Source: Candidatus Aenigmatarchaeota archaeon
GTDB taxonomy: Archaea; Aenigmatarchaeota; Aenigmatarchaeia; JACPZZ01
Length of the DNA stretch: 31,869 nt
Direction: 5' to 3'
Assembly (NCBI GenBank): GCA_043806535.1
Contig: JAZDGV010000100.1
Location: 1 to 31,869, forward strand
Below are positions 19,552 through 26,404 of this stretch, piece after piece. The notes beneath the pieces are model-generated. The model worked only from the letters and a program-made list of their open reading frames with translations. It had not been told where the DNA came from and searched no databases. Every line of letters begins with the position of its first letter. The first letter of the stretch is position 1. Made by a program: the position numbers and the translations under genes.

Positions 19552-19983
19552 TTAGGTCTTTTGGAACTTCATTGCTCGCTGGACGACATGCTGCTCGGCT
19601 TCCTTTATGCCGAACGCCTTGGACAAGTAGTCTACGGCATCGCTCACATTGAACTGCTTGCAGGAAAATACGTCTATGGCGACAAACCCCTTCTCTGGAT
19701 AGGTGTGGACGGATATATGAGATTCTGCAATCATCACAAAACCTGAGATTCCCCAGTCCTCTGGCTTCAATCCGATGTATGGAATCACATAAGGCGTGAT
19801 TATCTTTGTCATCCCTATTATTCCGGGGAGCTCGTCGAGAACTTTGAACACGCGCATCATGTCAGAGAGCTTTTCCTTGTCGCATTGGTACCCGTCAATA
19901 GTGAGATGCGGGCCATAACCTGCCAATTTTTCCGGCTTCTGCTCTGATTCCAGGCTTCTACCAAAAGAAATTTTTTGTTGCAT
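19552..19983 (-). CDS. speD: Pyruvoyl-dependent S-adenosylmethionine decarboxylase proenzyme
   Basis: GPHLTIDGY, GISGFVMIAE|SHISVHTYPE (self-cleavage site) and DVFSCK motifs. Confidence 0.9.
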   Translation of the reverse strand: MQQKISFGRSLESEQKPEKLAGYGPHLTIDGYQCDKEKLSDMMRVFKVLDELPGIIGMTKIITPYVIPYIGLKPEDWGISGFVMIAESHISVHTYPEKGFVAIDVFSCKQFNVSDAVDYLSKAFGIKEAEQHVVQRAMKFQKT

Positions 19984-20091
19984 TTATTTTTCACTGATAA
20001 TATTATTTTGTGCGTTATTCTTTTAAATATTTATCCCTTGCCGAATTTTTTGCAAAAAGATTTCAAAAAAATTCTTTCCGAGAAATATTTT

Positions 20092-21042
20092 TTATTTCCT
20101 GATGAAGTCGACGAGCGTGCACGCTTTGCATTTTTTCGACGAACTCGGCTCGCCGCAGCTCTCGCAGGCCAGAATTTCACTCTCTTCAACGTTTTTTCCG
20201 GCGGCTGCGTGACTCAAAATCGAATCAAATGCCTCCACCAAGCCGAATTTTATCCCCGGGTGGTTCGTTTCGAGGGTGTTGAGAAAGTCTCTGACCTCAA
20301 AACGCATCCCCGACGCATACGGGCACTCTCCCCAGTAGTTGTTTATGCCGCCGAGCATCGCGTAAAGCGCTATTTCTTTCTCCGGAATCAGCCTGAGCGG
20401 CTTTATTCTCTGAACAAAACCGGTTTTCTGTTGTTTCCGGCTTGGAATCTGCGAATTTGACCTGAAAAGCTTGTTTGTGTCGCCCTTGAGGCAGTTTATC
20501 AGGAAAGTCTGAGCCTCATCGTCGAGGTTGTGGCCTGTGCACACTTTTGTTGCGCCAAGCTCTCTCGCAGATTTGTTTAGCGCATACCTCCTGAACACTC
20601 CGCACCATGTGCAGGCGCCGCCAAGCCCGCTCTTGAGAGGCGTTCGCCCGAGTTTCCTGATTATTCCGTCCAAACTCATCCCGAAGACGCGCTTGAAGCT
20701 TACGACGTGATGCTCCACGCCAAGCGACTTTGCCAGCGCTTTGGCATTTTCCAAGCTTCTGTTCCTATAGCCTTTGATTCCTTCGTCTATGGTTAGCGCA
20801 AATATCCTGACATCCTTCCTCTTGGAGAATGTTTTTGCCATCAAATAGAGCGCCGTGGAAGAGTCCTTGCCGCCGCTCAGCGCAACCGCTATGGCGTCGC
20901 CGGGAGCAACGAGGTTGCCCTGTCGAATGTGTTTCTTGACTTTTTTCTCGAACTGGTCGCAAAAACACGCCTTGCAGTAGAAATTTCCCTCGTTTCTGCG
21001 GTAATAGACGGCTTCTTTGCCGCACGAGCACTTCATTTTCAT
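20092..21042 (-). CDS. ttuA: tRNA 2-thiolation protein, TtuA/NcsA/Ctu1 family
   Basis: PP-loop SGGKDS, CTWCG, GHNLDD, ECPY, and N- and C-terminal zinc fingers. Confidence 0.9.
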   Translation of the reverse strand: MKMKCSCGKEAVYYRRNEGNFYCKACFCDQFEKKVKKHIRQGNLVAPGDAIAVALSGGKDSSTALYLMAKTFSKRKDVRIFALTIDEGIKGYRNRSLENAKALAKSLGVEHHVVSFKRVFGMSLDGIIRKLGRTPLKSGLGGACTWCGVFRRYALNKSARELGATKVCTGHNLDDEAQTFLINCLKGDTNKLFRSNSQIPSRKQQKTGFVQRIKPLRLIPEKEIALYAMLGGINNYWGECPYASGMRFEVRDFLNTLETNHPGIKFGLVEAFDSILSHAAAGKNVEESEILACESCGEPSSSKKCKACTLVDFIRK

Positions 21043-21236
21043 CCCCCGGAAACGACCCTGAGAACATCGACTTTGTCGGATTTTTTCAGCTTTGTCTGCT
21101 CCGGAACTATGTTTCCGTTGACGGATACGATGACCGTCTCCGGGTTCATGCCAATCTTCTGGAGCAACTCTGCGACTGTCGCTGCGCTGACTGTCGCGGT
21201 TTTGGCGCGCCCGGGCAGAAGGATTTTAAGCCTCAT
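21039..21236 (-). CDS. ThiS/MoaD/SAMP ubiquitin-like sulfur carrier (TtuB-like)
   Basis: About 65 aa, VSVNG motif, C-terminal VVSGG; stop overlaps the ttuA start. Start reassigned to ATG 21236. Confidence 0.9.
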   Translation of the reverse strand: MRLKILLPGRAKTATVSAATVAELLQKIGMNPETVIVSVNGNIVPEQTKLKKSDKVDVLRVVSGG

Positions 21237-21292
21237 AGCATCACTATATCTTTGAACAAATAATTTAAAATCAGCGTAGACATTGCATAGTT

Positions 21293-21364
21293 GCAACTAG
21301 AAACAGACTATCGGTCTGTTTCAGCTGCGTGCCAACAGACGCATACCCATGGTATGCGTCAGCT
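21293..21364 (+). repeat. REP-like family B element followed by a second 10-bp hairpin
   Basis: GCAACTA-GAAACAGAC-tatcg-GTCTGTTTC, then GACGCATACC-cat-GGTATGCGTC (21338-21360). Confidence 0.7.
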
Positions 21365-21385
21365 GACGAGTTCACACGTATGAAC

Positions 21386-21522
21386 GCCGGGATCGCATAA
21401 CCAGGTAGTGCGCCAGTCTCGAATAAGCCTTTCTTTTGAAAAAGAAAGCCTTAATGGAAAGAAAACCTGCGAGAGAACTGGTGTGGCTCTGCCACTTATG
21501 GGTTCAAATCCCATTCCCGGCG
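21386..21522 (+). tRNA. tRNA-Ser(CGA) with a 52-nt intron at 37/38 (21424-21475)
   Basis: Acceptor stem GCCGGGA/TCCCGGC, G73, long variable arm, anticodon stem CCAGT/ACTGG, BHB central helix CTCG/CGAG. Confidence 0.93.
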
Positions 21523-21523
21523 C

Positions 21524-22294
21524 TTACCACATCTTCTTCAGAATCTCCTTTGACGTCTTTGCGAAAGCCCGTCCGGGGAAGAAGATTTCGAAGGTTATCG
21601 TGTCATCGTACCCGATTTCTTTAATTTCTTTGGCAACGGCTTTGAAATCTATCTTTCCAAACCCGATTCCGAGATGCTCGTCCCTCATTCCCCCGTTGTC
21701 GTGGAAGTGCAAGTGACGAATCTTCTTGCCGAAAGTCTTGATATACCTCTTAACTTCTCCCATACCACCTTGTATGAAAGCGTGCCCGACGTCAAAGTTG
21801 ACAGCAACTTCTGTGTTCTTCACGACATATTTGAACTCTTCCAAAGAATTGTTTGGCGTGTTTTCAAGAACCAGAAGCACACCCTTTGAGTGGGCTTGGA
21901 GCGTTTTTATGCTGTCTATATAATTGTGCAGTGCCTGGTCCCTGGATTTCTTGTTGTTTGCAGCCACGCCCCTGATTTCAAGGTGAACTGTGAGTTTTTT
22001 CGCGCCAATCTCGCTTGCGATGTCTATTACCGCTTTAATCTGGTTTATCCACCTCCTTCTTACCAGCTGGTTCAAACTCCCCAGCTCTGCCCACCACGGC
22101 GCATGACCAAGTGAGAACATGTTGTATTTTTTGAGCGATTTCAGTATGGCCGATTTGTTCTTTCTGAGAAGTTCGGGCGTTCCCATAGGCTCTTCGATCG
22201 CTATTTCGGCGTAGTCGAACCCCATCTTTGCGACAGTCCGTATTTCCTTCACGATGTCGGCTGACGGGTTCGTTATGTTACCGAATTTCGGCAT
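21524..22294 (-). CDS. Sugar phosphate isomerase/epimerase (AP endonuclease 2 TIM-barrel family)
   Basis: GFDYAE, LVLEN, NFDVGHA, HLHFHDN..DEHL and ITFE metal-binding motifs. Confidence 0.85.
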   Translation of the reverse strand: MPKFGNITNPSADIVKEIRTVAKMGFDYAEIAIEEPMGTPELLRKNKSAILKSLKKYNMFSLGHAPWWAELGSLNQLVRRRWINQIKAVIDIASEIGAKKLTVHLEIRGVAANNKKSRDQALHNYIDSIKTLQAHSKGVLLVLENTPNNSLEEFKYVVKNTEVAVNFDVGHAFIQGGMGEVKRYIKTFGKKIRHLHFHDNGGMRDEHLGIGFGKIDFKAVAKEIKEIGYDDTITFEIFFPGRAFAKTSKEILKKMW

Positions 22295-22359
22295 AAGATG
22301 AGTTTATGAAATTATGGTTATTAATGACTGATGCCAAAACACAATATTATGGCTAAGAG

Positions 22360-22482
22360 GGGCCCATGGTCTAGTGGCTAGGACGCCACCCTCACAATAA
22401 GCCTTTCTTTTGAAAGAAAGGTTAATCGAAAGAAAATAGTATGGGAACGGTGGAGATTCCGGTTCGATTCCGGGTGGGCCCA
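22360..22482 (+). tRNA. tRNA-Val(CAC) with a 51-nt intron at 37/38 (22397-22447)
   Basis: Acceptor stem GGGCCCA/TGGGCCC, A73, anticodon stem CCACC/GGTGG, BHB central helix CTCA/TGGG with bulges CA|A and AA|C. Confidence 0.92.
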
Positions 22483-22484
22483 AG

Positions 22485-22533
22485 CTACCCTTTTCTTTGG
22501 TAAAGAAAAGAGGTAAGGTATCGGAAAAGAAAC
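22485..22533 (+). repeat. tRNA-3'-flanking hairpin element, family A
   Basis: CTACCCTTTTCTTTGGTAAAGAAAAGAGGTAAGGTATCGGAAAAGAAAC; 47/50 positions match the copy at 29712-29761. Confidence 0.85.
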
Positions 22534-22572
22534 AAACGAAAGGAAAGGTTAGTTGCTAAGGAGGTGCCGATT

Positions 22573-22595
22573 GAAGCACATCGAAGATGTGCTTC
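22573..22595 (+). repeat. REP-like family B variant hairpin
   Basis: GAAGCACATC-gaa-GATGTGCTTC followed by GGT; same outer arm as the other family B copies. Confidence 0.6.
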
Positions 22596-22616
22596 GGTTT
22601 GCGCTTTCCTCGCAAT

Positions 22617-22689
22617 GGGCCTGTCGTCTAGCGGTTAGGACGTCACGCTTACACCGTGAAGGTCGCCAGTTCGAATCTGGCCGGGCCCA
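22617..22689 (+). tRNA. tRNA-Val(TAC), intronless
   Basis: 73-nt cloverleaf: GGGCCTG/CGGGCCC, loop CT-TAC-AC, T-arm GCCAG-TTCGAAT-CTGGC. Confidence 0.96.
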
Positions 22690-22691
22690 TG

Positions 22692-22741
22692 CTCCCCTTT
22701 TCTTTAAAAAAGAAAAGTGGTAAGCTATCCCAAAAGAAAAC
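22692..22741 (+). repeat. tRNA-3'-flanking hairpin element, family A (diverged copy)
   Basis: CTCCCCTTTTCTTTAAAAAAGAAAAGTGGTAAGCTATCCCAAAAGAAAAC, starting 2 nt after tRNA-Val(TAC). Confidence 0.8.
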
Positions 22742-22788
22742 GTAGGAAGGGTTAGCTACTAAGGGAAACCAAAGGTTTCCCTCGTAGA

Positions 22789-22899
22789 GGGCTGGTAGAT
22801 CAACGGTAGATCGCCACATTGGCAACAACCCTTTTAAAAAAAGGGTTGATCGAAAAACCACGCTTGTGGAGGCTTCGGGTTCGAATCCCGACCAGTCCA
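22789..22899 (+). tRNA. tRNA-Ala(GGC) with a 39-nt intron at 37/38 (22825-22863)
   Basis: G3:U70 wobble in the acceptor stem, A73, anticodon stem CCACA/TGTGG, relaxed BHB (TTGG/CCAC). Confidence 0.9.
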
Positions 22900-22995
22900 A
22901 TGCCCGATGAAGAAAACCTGTAATGGGCGGACTGAGGGCAACAACCACTTGGATATTAATTTTTAATTAAGCCAACAAAGTATAATTGTGGGCAT

Positions 22996-24144
22996 ATGAA
23001 AGGTGTTGCGGATTTCCTCATTGTTCTGGTCGCAGCTGTGCTGTTCCTAGGGGTTCTCTTCCTGGTGACAGAGGTGAGATTAGGCGACTGGGGGTCCAAA
23101 ACGGGTGTCGCGCGATCAGATGTCGTGAGTTTCGGCCAGGTCTATCTCGGTTTCACTTCCAGCGACATTGCGAGGAGTGTCTATTTTGATGACATGGTTG
23201 TGGGGCAGCAATCATTGAAGAGCCTCAAAAATGCGATAGAACTTGAAATCTCCAAGGGGATGTTCTCGGACGCGAGGCAGGAAATAAGCATCGAAATTCC
23301 GCAGGAGACGCTGTCCGATGCAGTGGGCGGAAAGATAATCTTCGACGTTTCCAACACAAACCAGTACGGTGAGCTTGTAATCGTTTTCAACGGGAAGGAG
23401 CTGTTCAATAAAAACGTGCCAACCGGACGCTATGAAATATCGATACCTAAGAACTCGATGAAGACGGAGAACATCCTGATTGTCTATGCGACAGGACCCG
23501 GCGCAAAATTCTGGGCATCGACCGTATATGTGCTGAGGGATTTCAGCTTCAACGCGGTGATAGAATCCAAGCAGGCACTTTTCTTCAATGTTTTTTCCGA
23601 GGAGATTGACATCTGGAACACGGGGGTTATGAATTTCCAAGTCGCCAAGGCGTCAAGCGAGAATTCAAAGCTCATTGCCAGCATCAATGGAAAGGAAATC
23701 TATAACAAGTTTCCAACTGCGACCCAGCTTGAACTCGGCGTGAGAGACATAAGGCCCGGGACAAACGTGCTGACATTCAAATCCGAGAACGGCTACTTCA
23801 ACCTCCAAAACCTTTACTTGAACGTGATTCTCTGGAAAAACAAGACTCTTGGCGTCTCGAAATCGTTCGTGCTCAGCGAGTCGCAGTATGGCGAATTCAA
23901 CCGAACCGATATGAGGGGCGTTGTTCAGATAACCATCAACAGAATCGTGAAACCTTCCGCGCTTGAAATAAAATTCAAGGCGAACAGCGAAAAATCTGTT
24001 TTCATCACAAACCTGAAGGAGAGGGAAGCGATAAACGCTACTTTCGATTACACGTACCTCCGCCCAGGAAACAATATTGTGACTTTGTCCACGGACGGGG
24101 CGATTGACGTTTCAAGCGCTGATTTGTGGTTTGAGAGAGCTTAG
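22996..24144 (+). CDS. N-terminally anchored beta-rich hypothetical surface protein, possible class III signal peptide
   Basis: MKG|VADFLIVL... hydrophobic N-terminus followed by a beta-strand-rich body. Confidence 0.7.
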   Translation: MKGVADFLIVLVAAVLFLGVLFLVTEVRLGDWGSKTGVARSDVVSFGQVYLGFTSSDIARSVYFDDMVVGQQSLKSLKNAIELEISKGMFSDARQEISIEIPQETLSDAVGGKIIFDVSNTNQYGELVIVFNGKELFNKNVPTGRYEISIPKNSMKTENILIVYATGPGAKFWASTVYVLRDFSFNAVIESKQALFFNVFSEEIDIWNTGVMNFQVAKASSENSKLIASINGKEIYNKFPTATQLELGVRDIRPGTNVLTFKSENGYFNLQNLYLNVILWKNKTLGVSKSFVLSESQYGEFNRTDMRGVVQITINRIVKPSALEIKFKANSEKSVFITNLKEREAINATFDYTYLRPGNNIVTLSTDGAIDVSSADLWFERA

Positions 24145-24165
24145 CGGCTTTTGGATGATTTTGCT

Positions 24166-25569
24166 ATGTCATGGCGCGAGAGATTCAAGGAATATGCGAA
24201 AGCAAGGGCGGAAAGTTTCAAGGGAAAATATCAGGGAGGAGACGATACAGGTTCCGTGAAGACAATCGTATACACCTTGATAATTTTCCTGCTTCTCGTT
24301 GCCATTTCCGTGCTTGACTTCATTTTTTTCGGCGTACCGCCGATGAGCATCACAGGATGGGCGTTAATCGCTTTGTTCACGTGCACTTTCCTTTATCTCG
24401 TGTCCAGGCCGCCGACGAGCTTTGGGGCGTTTATAACTTGGACCGTTTCCCTTGCGTTTTTCTTTATTGTGTTGCCGTGGTTAGCGCTGGTAAGCCCGTT
24501 GTCTCCGCAAATCAAGAATTATTACAACATCGCGATAGAAGGGTTTTCCGTGGTTGGGACGTTCTTTGAAGGAATCGGAGATATGATAGCGAGAAGCAAC
24601 GCGTGCTTCAGGGATGCAACATCGCCGGAATGCACGTCTGCGACAACCTTGCCGATGATTGTAAAAACTCTTGGGATAGAAATCGGTGCAATAGAAACGC
24701 AAATCGCCATCGCCGATCGCGATACAATGATTGTGATTCCCTTGCAGAACAAGGGCGAGCGAGACGGACTTCTAAGGGGCATACTTGTTTACGGCAATGC
24801 GAGCAAGGACTGCAAAGGAGGCGATTGCGTGCAGAAAATCACGAAGATAGAATGTCAGGATTGCTCGAACCAAATAACCATCTTCGATGGTGTTGGGGTG
24901 TTCAACGACCCTGGCGAGAAAGTCATTCCTAGGGATTCCAGACAGATTGTAGCGACGTTCAAAGCCCCGTGCAACAAAAACCAGAGAACCTATCCGTTCA
25001 ATGTGTCATTGGAATACGCATATTCCATTGACGCATCCCTGGCAGTCGATGTCATGAACAAAAACGAATATGAATCCAAACTGCGCGTTGGCGAGTTCAG
25101 GCAGGCGGTGCAAATGACGTCCACTGGAGGACCCGTATACGCTTCAATAACTTTTGGGAGCAGCGGCTTGCAACCGATAAAATCAAATACTAGCATGATG
25201 GTTTCAATAAGGTTTACAAACAACCAAAAGGGAAGGTTCAAGCTGGATTCGGCTACGATCAATCTTCCCAACCAGGACTCAGGCGCGATTGTTTGCACGC
25301 TGCTCGACGGCAAAGAAGTGACGCTGCCGATTATTGCCGGCGACGACAGATGGTACAAGGACAGCGACATGATAATACAGTGCCCTGTCCAAATACCGAA
25401 AGTCGAAGAGCAGACAAAGAGGTATGTTGCGACTATATCAGCCAAGTATTATTACCAAGTGTCGAAATCCGGCGAGGTGCTGATAGATACGGCGTCCATA
25501 CAGGAAAAGTGCGGCACAACGACAAGCAGCACGACCACGACAACCGTCACAACAACTACGACAACATGA
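24166..25569 (+). CDS. Membrane protein with extracellular YxY...GP-family domain and Thr-rich tail
   Basis: Three N-terminal TM segments; LEYAY...TSTGGPV...AKYYY motifs shared with the 26405 and 27337 proteins. Start reassigned to ATG 24166. Confidence 0.75.
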   Translation: MSWRERFKEYAKARAESFKGKYQGGDDTGSVKTIVYTLIIFLLLVAISVLDFIFFGVPPMSITGWALIALFTCTFLYLVSRPPTSFGAFITWTVSLAFFFIVLPWLALVSPLSPQIKNYYNIAIEGFSVVGTFFEGIGDMIARSNACFRDATSPECTSATTLPMIVKTLGIEIGAIETQIAIADRDTMIVIPLQNKGERDGLLRGILVYGNASKDCKGGDCVQKITKIECQDCSNQITIFDGVGVFNDPGEKVIPRDSRQIVATFKAPCNKNQRTYPFNVSLEYAYSIDASLAVDVMNKNEYESKLRVGEFRQAVQMTSTGGPVYASITFGSSGLQPIKSNTSMMVSIRFTNNQKGRFKLDSATINLPNQDSGAIVCTLLDGKEVTLPIIAGDDRWYKDSDMIIQCPVQIPKVEEQTKRYVATISAKYYYQVSKSGEVLIDTASIQEKCGTTTSSTTTTTVTTTTTT

Positions 25570-25578
25570 TTGTTTTGG

Positions 25579-26367
25579 CTACACCATCGCCGCTATTCCC
25601 ATCGTGTTTCTTATCCCTGGCGCAAGACCGAGTATCAGAACCAATATTTTCCACCAGTTCCTGTAATTTCTGTCCTTGATGTCCCTGTCAAAAAAATACA
25701 GCACAGGAACCACGATTGCAAGTTTGAGTGGGAACATTATCCAAGGCCCGAACAGTGGTATCAGCGCCCCTGCGACAACATGCTCTTCAACAAAACCGAG
25801 GTACTTGCCGACAAACGTTGAGGACGCGTCCAGCATGTGCACAGAAATTATCATAATGTTTTGTTTGGTCAGCAACTGTGGTGCGGTTTTTGAAACAGTC
25901 GTTAGCGCAACATACCATGCGATTGATATTAAAATTATTTCCGCCAGCGCCGTGGCGTTGGTTGTCATTGATATCAGCAGAAGATAGACCGGGGCGCACA
26001 ACAAAACACCTGTCGCCAGCATGATTTTCCAGTATTTTATTTTGAATCTTCGCTGTGCGGCGATTGACAGCAACAAAGCCGAGAACGCTATCGTGAAAGT
26101 CACAAAATATGAGCCGGGCGTGATGAAAATGTCGCTTTTCAACACTTCCGCATCGCGCAGGACTCGCAAGCCTGCGCCTAAGGCTATGAACGGAAGCAGG
26201 GCGCATGCGAAATTGCGATCAATCTTGATTTTGAGCCTCTTCAAGACTTCGAAAACAAGATACGCGGACGCGACCAGAATGAGCCCGTATGCCAGCGTGT
26301 TAACAATGTTGTATTTTCCAGTCTCGTATACGACCGGATTGATGAAATATTCTTCAAGTAAACCCAT
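25579..26367 (-). CDS. DUF63-family archaeal membrane protein
   Basis: YNIVNTLAYG, LRVLRDA, FITPG, HMLDASST and LGLAPGIRN motifs; multi-pass. Confidence 0.85.
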   Translation of the reverse strand: MGLLEEYFINPVVYETGKYNIVNTLAYGLILVASAYLVFEVLKRLKIKIDRNFACALLPFIALGAGLRVLRDAEVLKSDIFITPGSYFVTFTIAFSALLLSIAAQRRFKIKYWKIMLATGVLLCAPVYLLLISMTTNATALAEIILISIAWYVALTTVSKTAPQLLTKQNIMIISVHMLDASSTFVGKYLGFVEEHVVAGALIPLFGPWIMFPLKLAIVVPVLYFFDRDIKDRNYRNWWKILVLILGLAPGIRNTMGIAAMV

Positions 26368-26404
26368 TAAATCACTTTTTAACTATTGGATCCAAAATAT
26401 AATT

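Noticed and set aside
20043-20073. A/T inverted repeat between ttuA and speD
   Set aside because: Low complexity; consistent with an ordinary terminator or promoter region and lacking the family A tail.
22483-22788. CRISPR array
   Set aside because: The repeats are few, diverged, irregularly spaced and separated by tRNA genes rather than unique spacers; no cas genes in the window.
26021-26404. Long N-terminal extension of the 26021-27289 ORF overlapping the DUF63 gene (similar extensions at 2185, 10700, 19521, 21296 and 29678)
   Set aside because: These are antisense or intergenic run-ons; signal peptides and family motifs begin at downstream start codons.
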